Notes: generated by a model not told the origin, from the letters alone. A stretch of DNA of 64,000 bases from Octopus sinensis (GCF_006345805.1 NC_043012.1:28706001-28770000), one strand, 5' to 3'. Positions 14,793 to 26,943 are shown, counted from the first letter of the stretch. Made by a program: numbers and translations.

Positions 14793-14797
<5 letters not shown>
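14541..14797. repeat. Foldback inverted repeat (arms about 117 bp, 22 nt spacer)
   Basis: 14541-14659 is the reverse complement of 14682-14797 except for run-length differences. Confidence 0.9.
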
Positions 14798-14832
<35 letters not shown>

Positions 14833-14833
<1 letters not shown>

Positions 14834-14985
14834 TATTCCGCCGAGGTCGACTGTGCCTTTCATTCTTTCGGGGGCGAGAAATTAAGTACCAGTTACGCAC
14901 TGGGGTCGATGTAATCGACTTAATCCCTTTGTCTGTCCTTGTTTGTCCCCTCTGCGTTTAGGCCCTTGTGGGTAGTAAAAAAAAA
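14833..14985 (+). mobile_element. SINE family B, 5'-truncated
   Basis: Shares the core ccgccgaggtcgact.tgcctttcat..tttcgggg...taagtaccagttacgcactggggtcgat with other copies. Confidence 0.8.
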
Positions 14986-15134
14986 TATATATAGATAGAT
15001 ACAAAATGGGACTAGAACGCAAGACATCCAGGAGACAAAAAACACGGACGGGTCATTCGAAGCCTTTAATCTTCAGTCAAGAACCGGATCATCCTCGCAA
15101 TTTCGGCTATATATATATATGTATGTATATTCAT

Positions 15135-15688
15135 TTATTCTTTTATTCCTTTCTGCCATTTGACTGCGGTCATGCTGGAATACGACCTTAGGGGTTCTAG
15201 TCGAACAAATCGACACCAGCTCTTACTCTTTGTAAGCCAAGTACTTATCATATCGGTCTATTTTGCCGAATCGCTAGCTAATAGAGACATAAACATACCA
15301 ACATCGGTTGTCAAGTGAAGGTAGTGGGAACAAACAGAGACAGAAATACCCAAATATATGTATATCACGTGATCACGTGCCCGACCAGTCCATCAGATGT
15401 AGTTACACATCGCTGGTCACAATGCGTTCGCATTGTTTTAGCCTTCGGATGACGCCACCCCGCTGGCTAAGCGAGCAGGCCAATATGTATATATGAGTGA
15501 GAGAAATAGAGAGAGAGAGAGAGAGAGAGAGACGACAGGCCTCTTTTAGTTTCCTCAAAGTATTGATCGGCCCGAAGCTATAGTAGAAGACTCTTGCCCA
15601 CCGACGTGTCACGTGTGTCACGCAGTGAGACTGAACCCGGAACCATATGGTTCGGAAGCAAGCTTCCTACCACAGACACGCCTATGCC
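15135..15688 (-). mobile_element. SINE family A (tRNA head plus CORE-like domain), with an insert of about 120 bp near 15366-15487
   Basis: Reverse complement matches the family A head and tail seen at 42542-43022. Confidence 0.75.
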
Positions 15689-15974
15689 CGTGTATATGCA
15701 TATATATATATATATATATGTAATATAGTGTATAAACAATTTCAGTATTTATACACGAAAGTGGTGACCTCTGACAGGACACCTTACATGCTAGAAGGGA
15801 CAGTCGAAGCCCAAACCACGAATAAAAGCAATTTCAACGGCAATAAAATAAAAATATTTTGTAGGTAACCTCAGACTCAAGTTTCTCTTTATATATATGT
15901 TGTCTACTCACTTTATTATGAATGCTAGCCACCGGTGTGAAATTTTCTCCAAATTGTCTACCTTTATTATTTTC

Positions 15975-16021
<47 letters not shown>

Positions 16022-16023
<2 letters not shown>

Positions 16024-16225
16024 TTTTATTATTTCATTCATTTACTTCTTTCAGTAATTTGACTGCGCCCATGCTGGGGTAAAGCCTTTAGTTGAACAAA
16101 TCGACCCTAAGACTCATTCTTTGTAAGCCTAGTACTTATTCTATCGGAGTCTTTTGCCGGACCGCTAAGCTACGGGGACGGAAACACACCAACATCAGTT
16201 GTCCAGACACACAAATACACACATG
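16022..16225 (-). mobile_element. SINE family A, 3' half
   Basis: gactgcgcccatgctgg...tttgtaagcctagtacttattctatcgg...aaacacaccaacatc. Confidence 0.75.
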
Positions 16226-16860
16226 TTTTTATTTTTCATTCCCTTCGAATTTTATCCCTGATAGTGGTTTGGATTTTAGCTGTTCCTTCTAGCGTGCAAG
16301 GAATCTTATGACGGATACCTCTTATGTGTTTAAATGTATACTGTATTTATATGAATAATATATAGTCTATTGACAAATTTTTTTACATGGTAGGCCACTG
16401 GTAGTAAAAATTTCTAAAATTTTTTATTACCTTGAAAAATATTTGAAGAAACGCTGGCATAATTTTTATTTGTGGCGGACAAAAAAAACTGCGCTTGCGC
16501 GGTAGATTTGAAAAAATATATCGTATAAGCACGGGGAACATGCTGGATTACCTCGTACTTCTATGTTTAATCTAGGCGTACCTGTTGATGAAAACTTCGC
16601 CTCGCAAGTTATTTTATTTACTAAAAAATGACTGAAACCATGGTCCAGCAGATAGATGGTGAATGTTTTTCTTTTTTATTCACTTCGAAGTTTATCCTTA
16701 ATAGTGGTTTGGATTTTAGCTGTTCCTTCTAGCGTGCAAGGACTCGTATGACAGATACCTCTTATGTGTTTAAATGTATACTGTATTTATATGAATAATA
16801 TATTGTCTATTGACAAAATCTTTTACACACTAGGTCACTGGTAGTAAAAATTTCTAAAAT
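16226..16860. repeat. 195 bp direct repeat (16226-16420 and 16666-16860)
   Basis: Two colinear, highly similar copies 440 bp apart. Confidence 0.85.
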
Positions 16861-16869
16861 ATTATATAT

Positions 16870-17345
16870 ATGGTCACCCACCAGTGTAAAATTAACAGCG
16901 GACCTTGAAGCAATCCAGAGAAGATTCACAAAGAAGATCGTCTCTTTGCAACAGCTCAGCTACTGGGAAAGGTTGAAACAGCTAAGACTCTACTCTCTGA
17001 AGAGAAGACGGGAGAGGTATGCAGTAATATATGTCTGGAAGATCCTGGAAGAAATTGTGCCAAATTTTGGCATTGTAAGCTACACCAATGCTAGAACGGG
17101 ACGACACTGTATAGTGCCAAAGATCCTAGCAATGCCATCACGCTTCAGGACCAGCTTCTGCAACAGCCTGGGTTTCAAGGGCCCACAGTTTTTTTAATAT
17201 TCTCCCAAAGAGTCTGAGGAACTTGCACAAAGTAGACGTAGCGGTTTTTAAATCAAAGCTGGACATCTTCCTGTCGAGAGTCCCAGATGAACCTACCTCA
17301 CGGCAAGAGGTGCAAATGAGAGTAGCTATATCAAACTCCATTCTT
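16870..17345 (+). mobile_element. CR1/L2-type LINE 3' fragment
   Basis: LEAIQRRFTKKI..LSYWERLKQLRLYSLKRRRERY, homologous to the C-terminus of the LINE at 60430-62965. Confidence 0.75.
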
Positions 17346-17595
17346 CACCAAGTGCCACATATTAGACGAGGTTCTTTGCAATAACAGTGTAGCACAAAAC
17401 GGCGATGCATCAGCATGGCCGCAGCTCTGAGCTGAAACCAGAAAAAAAAAATATATATATGTACATATACATATATATGTAGATATATGTGTGTGCGCGT
17501 GTATATATATGTTTGTATGTATATGTATATATATTTATACATAGAAACGTATATATGTATATATATATACATACATGTATATGCACACATATATG

Positions 17596-17667
<72 letters not shown>

Positions 17668-17712
17668 TGTATATACGTATATATATATTATATATATATA
17701 CATATATACTTT

Positions 17713-17747
<35 letters not shown>

Positions 17748-17912
17748 ATATATATTATATATAAATACATATATAAACATTGATGATAAAATTATTTTAG
17801 CCTTGTCTACCTAGTCTTATTTTCCTTATACATATCAATCGTGTGTTCCTTTTCAACCTTCTACATACATACATACATACGTACAAGCATACATACATAC
17901 ATACATACATAC

Positions 17913-17982
<70 letters not shown>

Positions 17983-17986
<4 letters not shown>

Positions 17987-18312
17987 TCAGTGGTTAGAGC
18001 GTCGAGCTTACGATCGTGAGGTTGTGAGCTCGAATCCCGGACCGGGCTGCGTGTTGTGTTCTTGAGCAAAACACTTTATTTCACGTTGCTCCAGTTCACT
18101 CAGCTGTAGAAATGAGTTGCGACGTCACTGCTTCCAAGCTGTATCGACCTTTGTCTTTCCCTTGGATAACACTGGTGGCGTGGAGAGGGGAGGCCGGTAT
18201 GCATGGGCGACTGCTGGTCTTCCATAAACAACCTTGCCCGGACTTGTATCTAGGAGGGTAACTTTCTAGGTGCAATCCCATGGTCATTCATGACCGAAGG
18301 GGGTCTTTACCC
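17983..18312 (+). mobile_element. SINE family C (tRNA-like head with A/B boxes, CORE-like centre)
   Basis: TGGCTCAGTGG (A box-like) and GCTCGAATCCC (B box-like), then gtgttcttgagcaaaacacttta. No tRNA acceptor stem. Confidence 0.7.
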
Positions 18313-19452
18313 TTTTATATATATATATATATAGGGAGCAAATAATTCACGAGAAAAATAGTTCACGAAAATATAATTTGCGAAGATATCAGTGACACTG
18401 ATATTATCTCGTGTAACAAGTTAAAATGATAATAACAGAATCAATAATATTGGCAATTGCAGGTCCCCAAAATGGCATTAAATAGCTGAAGGATTAAAAA
18501 TGATTCAAAGAACGTTCTATGTATATCTACCTGCTGGAAATAACAGTCAAAACTCTTATTTCCAGCAGGTAGACATACTTAGTATGTCCTTTAATTAACT
18601 TTTAATATATGTGCGTGTGTGTGCGCGCGCGGGCACGTATGTATAAAAGAAAGGTGGCATAGGTGGAGAGTTTGTACAGGACGAAATAAGAAAAAACAAT
18701 AATGTGGGTAGGTCATTAAGAATTTTAAAGTCACTGGAGGTGAAAAAGATTAAGTAAAAAAAAAATATAAAGGAAATGAAGCAAGACACAAAATCGTTAA
18801 AAATTACTGAAAATAAGCAAAAATGTACTCAGTCAATTTTGATGGATACTACACTAGTAATAATTCTAATAATAATCATGGATACATTACCAACTTTTCT
18901 ATTTTTATTCACTTTACTCTCTTAAACTGAGGAAATTTATGTGTTCTTATGTTTAGATAAATCTACTGTCAAAAGACAAAGTGTTTACAGACAACATAGC
19001 TGCTAAACTAGAACAGCTTACTGATGATTATTGGTAATCCTCGGTTTATTATAGCCCTAAGTATGTTTTATTCTAAACGTAAATAAAGAAAACTGTAGTT
19101 ATTTGATTTTCACATAAATATATTTTGTTTTCTAGTTTATCAACAGTCCCGTTTCTTGTGCCAGAGATGTTAATATAAAACATATTGCCTTGATAGATAA
19201 TTGGATATTCACTGAATTATTAAAGATAAGTTGTGTGAAGCGGGAGTGAAAGTTTATGTATATGTGAGAGCATGTGTATGAGCATGCACGTATGGTGTGC
19301 TTATGCAAATATTGGCATGTATCCGTATACATGTTTGTGTTTTTGTACTATATATTTGAAAAGCAACTAAAAATATTCAATATTTTTTTGATTCTGTCAT
19401 GATTTTTTTTTAGTCATTAGTTTTACTTTCCTCTTTTCTGTTTATCGATGTC

Positions 19453-19914
19453 TTAGTTACAATAATGCATATCGAGTCTTTGAGTACATTTTTTGCAAAG
19501 TACAAAGCAGCACCAATAAAATTTGCAATGGCAGTCCTCCGTTACAACTTTTGGAATTGTGACGAAGCCGCGTCCACAACACATGAGCACACAACCATCC
19601 AGTCCGTTACTTTCTCGTTTGCAACGACGATTCCGGGTACCAAGAGAACCGTAAGTTGTGTTTGTCAAGCAAAAATCTGGTGATTGTTTCAGATAGACCA
19701 GGTCTTTTTTGGATGGTTTCTTCAGCAATCTGCGAAGCGGTTTTAATTTCCGTTTTTTTCGGCTGAATTTCATTTGAGATGCGCTGTCATAACGTTTGAA
19801 GAGATATGAACCGGTCGAACGGAAGCTATCCATACTGCGCCAACATATTCTCACTGAGCAAGAACCAGATACTCCATGACACTTACATACTTTCTTGATG
19901 TTTGCCTTTATCGC
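19453..19914 (-). CDS. WntA: Wnt terminal coding exon
   Basis: Acceptor tttcag|GCG at 19915/19914, phase 0. Encodes AIKANIKKVCKCHGVSGSCSVRICW...DLVYLKQSPDFC...CCGRG...CHCKFYWCCFVLCKKC...HYCN then stop; 462 nt. Contains the CKCHGVSGSC lipidation motif. Confidence 0.97.
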   Translation of the reverse strand, partial: AIKANIKKVCKCHGVSGSCSVRICWRSMDSFRSTGSYLFKRYDSASQMKFSRKKRKLKPLRRLLKKPSKKDLVYLKQSPDFCLTNTTYGSLGTRNRRCKRESNGLDGCVLMCCGRGFVTIPKVVTEDCHCKFYWCCFVLCKKCTQRLDMHYCN

Positions 19915-20042
19915 CTGAAAACCAAAATATGGGGGGAAAATATGAATAAATTATATATATATATATAATCGTAAATATACTGCTGAAACAAAATAAATTG
20001 AAACAATGAAGAAATAACAACAACAAAAACAACAACAACAAC

Positions 20043-20077
<35 letters not shown>

Positions 20078-20095
20078 TAATAATAATAATAATAA

Positions 20096-20624
20096 TGCTC
20101 TGATGCAGTACCAGGCAGTGGCACTCGTGTCTTCTGATCTTAATTGATTGTAAGTGTCATTATGTACATTGTTTCGTTTTGGTATAAAAGATGGGCTACA
20201 GCAAATATTCTGCTCAATACCACAGATTTGCTTGTCAGTTGTTTGACCGTAACCAGTTGAGCATGTCCCTTAGTGGCTGACGATATGTGCATCTCTGATC
20301 ACGAGCAGAAGTAGTAGGGGAGCATCATTAGGGTTTGAATAATTCACCTCTGCAAACATGCGTGTTTCGTTCAACATCCTTAAACAACCCTTATTCAGGG
20401 ACCTTTTGAGCGGGATGGGTTGCACGACCAGAAGAAAATTCTAACTGGGCCCCACTTGCAAGGTCATGTGCTGTTTATCTTGATATGAGATCACCATGTC
20501 GCGCACATATGGTTGTGATGCATGTGCCTAGTGTACCCTTATAAGACGGGTAGTCATGATGGGTATACTGGGCTTCGTGTATTTTACCCCAGTTTCACTT
20601 TGATGATGCACTGCTCTCTCACTC
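20096..20624. mobile_element. Non-autonomous element embedded in (TAA)n, copy 2
   Basis: Same ends as 4861-5318 (tgatgcagtaccaggcagtgg ... ctgctctctcactc), flanked by (TAA)n. Confidence 0.8.
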
Positions 20625-20699
20625 AATAATAATAATAATAATAATAATATATACTTATATACATATATACATACATATATATATATATATGTGTATATA

Positions 20700-20756
<57 letters not shown>

Positions 20757-20772
20757 CCATATATATATATAC

Positions 20773-20871
<99 letters not shown>

Positions 20872-21099
20872 ATATTATTATATATATATAATGTATGTAT
20901 GTATGTATGTATGTATTATGAGGAGATAGATTAGATAGACAGATAAATAGATCGATATATGCATTCAGAGAGGGATATAGAGAGGATCTGTATACGCGCG
21001 CGCGTGTATAAAAGCTTTTGTAAAAATTACTTGATACTGATGCAATAATTAGAAAAATATTTCTTCAAAACTTATTAACTATTTTAAAAGATATTTTGT

Positions 21100-22560
21100 A
21101 TCTTACAGAATCATTGTATATAGTGTTTATTTTATGTCTAGCGTTTATTTTGAGTGTCAGCACTTTCGTTTTTCAACTTTTCAAGCACATGCGTTATGAG
21201 CTAATGAATAAAGAGGAAGTAGTCTCTCTTTTTTTCTTTTGAAATGGTGTAGACTATTACCTTTCCGGTAAAAATTTTTTATGAGATCATTTTCTTTCGT
21301 AATCGATCATTTTCATATATTTTTTAAAATTGTTGACTATTTTAAATATTAACTATTTCTGGCTTAGTTTCGGATTTAGAATTCTTATACGGTACTCTTT
21401 TTTGGCTTTTCTTTCGTATTTGATCATTTTAATCTTTTATTTTGTAAAAAGGGAATATTTTAAATCTACCATTTGCACAAATGTCTAGATATTTACTACA
21501 TGGAACATTTCAAAGCAATGAATCTTTAATTTTGTTGTTTATGCACGTTTACGCGACTGGTTACTTTAGTACCTGTTTCTCCAAGCTAATTCTCATAGCA
21601 CTGTGGACGTGATACAATAGATGAGATCTTTTGTTTTGCAATTAATGTTTGCACTCACTTTCACTTCCTTCCCATTCTTGAATGTTTTGCTTGTTCCTTG
21701 CTCAGTTATTTTACACATCTCATAACGAAGGTCTTCTCAGTTTGTTACTTCTATTATTTGTTTCTCCGACATGAATCTCGCTGCTATTAGAAGTCTCTTC
21801 AGATTTGGGGATTGCCTTCGGCTGTTGATGATTTGTGATCTTTAAAAAATATCTGTCAGAGATTTAGTGATTGGTGTAGAATTGAGAGGTATCGTTTGGC
21901 TGAATGTAAGATGCTATGGCTCCTAGGATTATGGGTGACTACAAACGGAATATTTGTATTTGTATTTCCGTTTTCACCCTTAGCATGAGTATTTCTCCGT
22001 AAGGTGTAGATCAGGATTTCTTTTACTTCGGTTATGGCATGATTTAGTAACTTTTTGGAATATTTCTGTTTTTGAAGGAACAGTCGTTATTCTCATCTCC
22101 TGTAATCTGTAACTATTGAGCATATACGTCTAGTGTGTTCATTTTTGTATGGAAACAGTAGCAAGATCCGAAATTTAAATATAGGTGTGTGATTGTGTCC
22201 TTGCAGTAGAGATCAGTTGATCAGTTGTAACAATCTCATTTTCTTTAATTATTACAATATTCAGAAAAGTGAGTTCCTTTTCATTCATTTCTATAATGTG
22301 TTTGAAAAGTTGAATTTCATGGCTTCGCTTGCATGGAATTTATGAGTTTTATAATATTACCTTGAGAACCAGGAATGAAATCAAAAGCGTGAGCTTGAAG
22401 TAACCGTTTTTGCACGTGTCGTTCACAAAAGGTTTTAGACAAAAGATCATAAGGATAAGCGTTTTCTTCAAATATTCATTTCATATTCCCCACAAAATAT
22501 TCAGGCAGTGGATATTTCAGGAAATCAGGCTCGGTTTACCAGCTGATGATCGGAGACTAG
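21100..22560 (-). mobile_element. Old Penelope-like element (RT thumb, linker, GIY-YIG remnants)
   Basis: Minus-strand remnants RRICSIV, NIPFVVTHNP, KDLIYCIT..LGETG and ICANGRFKIFPFYKI parallel the element at 22969-26803. Heavily decayed. Confidence 0.65.
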
Positions 22561-22681
22561 TAACTCTGAGTACTTGAAATCGGAGCATTTCAGTTATAAT
22601 GCATCACACTCACTCACACACGCGCTCGCGCACACACATACGTACAAACACACACACACACACACATGCATATATATACAT

Positions 22682-22718
<37 letters not shown>

Positions 22719-22916
22719 AAGAAAGAGAGGGAGTGAAGCAGATAGCTAGCTAGGCAGACAAATATGTATCTAGATAGATAGATCATGAATGCAGTCATTT
22801 CTATTTGTATTTGTTTTTTATGTTAATAATTCTAAACTTAAGTACTAAGCTTCAGTAACGTTGTAGCCTGCCTTAATCTCGTGAATGTTATATATATATA
22901 GATATATATATATATA

Positions 22917-22960
<44 letters not shown>

Positions 22961-23055
22961 ATATATACGTATAAGGGTGAAAAGGAACACACGAGTTGAT
23001 ATATATGAAAAAACAAGTCAAAATAGAAAATGCTAAAATAATTTTATAAAGAACA

Positions 23056-23099
23056 TTTCAGTACCGGTTTCGGTCATTTTGAGACCTTTTCAACTGTAA
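23056..23099 (-). ncRNA. Identical hammerhead copy in the left PLE arm
   Basis: Exact reverse complement of 26673-26716. Confidence 0.7.
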
Positions 23100-23782
23100 C
23101 GATTAAATAATTAAATTTAGAAAAATTAAAAGAAAAGTTTTTTTAAAGGAATATTTGTATAGTGTTCAAATATAAGTGGCATTCTGCCTTTCTCTGTCTC
23201 CCTTGTTTGCAGTTGTGTGTTCGAGGTCGTTGTGAATTCTTGGTAGGGTAGAAGAAGAAGAAGGTTGATAGGAGAGGGGGTGGAAAAATTTGGGAGTGCC
23301 TTGATTGTCGTATTTTGAATGGTCAGTGACGGCTAGCAGTTGCAGTTCAATTCAGGAGAATATTTCTATTGAAAGGTTTGTTTATGGAATTTGCGTAGGT
23401 GTTATACTAAAACGCATTAGTGATAAAGTTAAGAGGTAGAAGGTGGAGCAGAAGAAGAAGAAGAAGAAGAAGAAGAAGAAGAAGAAGAAGAAGAAGAAGA
23501 TGACGATGTTGATGATGATGATAATGAAGAAGAAGAAGGAGAAGGAGAAGAGGAAGATGATGATGATGGTGATGATGATGACGACGATGATGATGATAAT
23601 GATGATGAAGAAGAAGAAGAAAAAAGAGAAGGGAGAATATGAATGAGTGGAAGTAGTGAGGTGTTGTATGACTTGAAGTTGGCATGTTATGGATTATAGC
23701 TGTGATTGGGGTTGATTTGTAATGGATTCTTTGGAATTTAATATTTGCGTGTGTATTTCTGTTATTCTAAAGCTGAGGTGCA

Positions 23783-24200
23783 TTAATCGTTTGTCGTAGA
23801 CCCGTTAAGAAGTGGCCTGCATTTTGTAATAAAGAGAGTTTCTTTACTTATTCGTTGTCTCGGGGTTGTATCGACCCTAAATTGGTAGAGGGGAAAAATC
23901 CTGAAGCCTGGTGTTTTGTTGTTGGCGCAAGTATCTATGTGTTGGCTGAAAGCTATTTTTCTGTTTTGGGGAATTTTTATCTGGGATATGTGCAGGGCCA
24001 TTCTTTTACGCAAACTATTTTTTGTTTGGCCTATGTACTGCTCTTGACACCCAGAGCAGGTTAGTGTGTATATCAGGTTCTCCGAAGCACATGTGAAGTT
24101 GCTTTTCACTGTAAACCGTTGTCCCTGTTTGAAGGAGAACTCTGATCCCTCAATTAGATAATCGCATATCCCGCAATTGGGTCTTCCACATTTTTTTTAC
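23783..24200 (-). pseudogene. PLE zinc-knuckle linker and GIY-YIG endonuclease
   Basis: KCGRPNCRIC...LIYTLTCSGCQEQYIGQT...RKRMALH...HIDTC...KETLFI...PLLN. Confidence 0.88.
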
Positions 24201-25382
24201 TGTCGGCTTCTGTGTTGAAGAGTGTATTCGGGCTTGTGTTAGGAGACTTTTCATAGATTTAGGCTGTCTCTTGCTTTTTATGATCGTGTGTGTTTGGAGG
24301 ATTGTGTTCATTCTGTGGTCTTTTTTTAGGAGGGGTACGTTGTGGAATATGGTGCCGAAGGCTTCATTATTGAGAGTGTTGTGTGTGGAGATGTATGGTA
24401 AGGCTTTTGGTCGTAAGTTTTTCTTTGATTTGGGATGTCTCAGTTCCTTGATGTTAAGTTGAAGGGCACGTTGAATGCACATGTCAATAAGTGAAGGTGG
24501 GTAGTTCCTGGTGATAAGGGTATCTTTTAGTTCTTGTAGTCGTGTGTCTCTGGTGTTTGCATTAGAAACTATAGTGCATATCCTTTTTGCTAGATTGAAG
24601 GGGATATTCATCCTGGTGTGTCTGGGGTGGCATGAATTGAATGGAAGATATTGCTTAGAATCTGTAGGCTTATAATATATGTCTGTTTCTATTACATTAT
24701 TAGCTTTCTTAATGAGGATATCGAGGAAGGGGAGTTGTTGCTGGCTATATTCCATCGTGAATTGGATGTTTACGCCCAGTCCGTTTAAAATTTCTTGGAA
24801 TTCTTTGAGTTTCTCTATATTTTCATGCCTAAGAATGAAACAGTCATCTAGATATCTCTTCCAGTTGTTTTCTATGTAGATGGAGAAAGGGCTGCCATAT
24901 CTTTCTAGAACCTTACGATACAGACTGATCTCTAGATATCCTATGACTAGGTTGACAAACGAGGGGGCCATTCGTGTACCCATCGCAGTCCCCGATTTTT
25001 GTCGGTAGAAGTTGTCTTTGAAGGCGAATAAGTTATTTTCCAGGATGAATTTAACCCCTTCTATCACGAATTCTTTTTTGATGCGATGTGGGAGTTCGTT
25101 GGCGTGATTCTCTAGCCAGAATTGGATTGCCTCTAGTCCTAGGTTGTGGGGGATATTGGAGTAGAGGTTGACTACATCGAAGGATACCAGTATGGTGTTT
25201 TTGTTTATAGTATTCGGTAGGTGATTGAGCATATCCAAGTCGTTCCTTATATAGCTTTTGACATGTTTGAGGAGTGGTTTTAACAGGGTGTCTAAAAAGT
25301 TACTGAGGCGGTGGGTTTCGCATGCGGGACCTGCTATTATGGGTCTCAATTTTAGGTCATTAGGATTAGGGACTTTAATTAT
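24150..25382 (-). pseudogene. PLE reverse transcriptase (5'-truncated)
   Basis: LRPIIAG, LVSFDVVNLYSNIP, GTAMGTRMAPSF, WKRYLDDCF and SCHP..NIPFNLAKRIC in one open frame. The N-terminal 80 or so residues of the ORF-track protein come from the inverted arm, not the RT. An A8 run at 24191-24198 shifts the frame before the GIY-YIG. Confidence 0.9.
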
Positions 25383-26672
25383 GTCAAAGAATATGATTAT
25401 ATGACCAATTTCACAAGTAAAATCAGCCAATTCTACGGTATACCTAAGATACACAAAAGTGAGAAAATAAGTAACGCATGCAAGATAGATACAGACAAAA
25501 TAATTAAAGTCCCTAATCCTAATGATTAGCAAGAGACAGCCTAAATATATGAAAAGTCTCCTAACACAAGCCCGAATACACTCTTCAACACAGAAGCCGA
25601 CAGTAAAAAAATGTGGAAGACCCAATTGCAGGATATGCGATTATCTAATTGAGGGATCAGAGTTCTCCTTCAAACAGGGACAACGGTTTACAGTGAAAAG
25701 CAACTTCACATGTGCTTCGGAGAACCTGATATACACACTAACCTGCTCTGGGTGTCAAGAGCAGTACATAGGCCAAACAAAAAATAGTTTGCGTAAAAGA
25801 ATGGCCCTGCACATATCCCAGATAAAAATTCCCCAAAACAGAAAAATAGCTTTCAGCCAACAACAAAACACCAGGCTTCAGGATTTTCCCCCTCTACCAA
25901 TTTAGGGACGATACAACCCCGAGACAACGAATAAGTAAAGAAACTCTCTTTATTACAAAATACAGGCCACTTCTTAACGGGTCTACGACAAACGATTAAT
26001 ACACTTCAGCTTTAGAATAACAGAAATACACACGCAAATATTACATTCCAAAGAATCCATTACAAATCAACCCCAATCACAGCTATAATCCATAACGTGC
26101 CAACTTCAAATCATACAACACCTCACTACTTCCACTCATTCATATTCTCCCTTCTCTTTTTTCTTCTTCTTCTTCCTCTTCTTCTTCATCATCATTATCA
26201 TCATCATCGTCGTCATCATCATCACCATCATCATCATCTTCCTCTTCTCCTTCTCCTTCTTCTTCTTCTTCATTATCATCATCATCAACATCGTCATCTT
26301 CTTCTTCTTCTTCTTCTTCTTCTTCTTCTTCTTCTGCTCCACCTTCTACCTCTTAACTTTATCACTAATGCTTTTTAGTATATTCCATAAACAAACCTTT
26401 CAATAGAAATATTCTCCTGAATTGAACTGCAACTGCTAGCCGTCACTGACCATTCAAAATACGACAATCAAGGCACTCCCAAATTTTTCCACCCCCTCTC
26501 CTATCAACCTTCTTCTTCTTCTACCCAACCAAGAATTCACAACGACCTCGAACACACAACTGCAAACAAGGGAGACAGAGAAAGGCAGAATGCCACTTAT
26601 ATTTGAACACTATACAAATATTCCTTTAAAAAAACTTTTCTTTTAATTTTTCTAAATTTAATTATTTAATCG

Positions 26673-26716
26673 TTACAGTTGAAAAGGTCTCAAAATGACC
26701 GAAACCGGTACTGAAA
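26673..26716 (+). ncRNA. Candidate minimal type-I hammerhead ribozyme (U3:A8 variant)
   Basis: CAG-TTGAAAA-GGTC-TCAAAAT-GACC-GAA-AC-CG-GT-A-CTG. Stem III is the palindrome ACCGGT; GUA triplet. Confidence 0.7.
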
Positions 26717-26805
26717 TGTTCTTTATAAAATTATTTTAGCATTTTCTATTTTGACTTGTTTTTTCATATATATCAACTCGTGTGTTCCTTTTCACCCTTA
26801 TACAT

Positions 26806-26943
<138 letters not shown>

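Larger units (their letters stand above)
22969..26803. mobile_element. Young Penelope-like element, head-to-head inverted structure in (TA)n
   Basis: Arms 22969-24275 and 25528-26803 are near-identical inverted repeats. Both ends abut (TA)n. Confidence 0.92.

Noticed and set aside
17782-17862. Diverged terminus of the 22969-26803 PLE family as another cleavage-site-truncated copy
   Set aside because: Similarity starts about 14 nt downstream of the predicted site and is too diverged to fix the boundary.
17983-18050. tRNA-like sequence
   Set aside because: No acceptor stem, and it continues into a SINE body.
18900-19075. AATAAA hexamers on the minus strand as the Wnt polyadenylation signal
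   Set aside because: Several candidates in very AT-rich sequence; cannot choose without transcript data.
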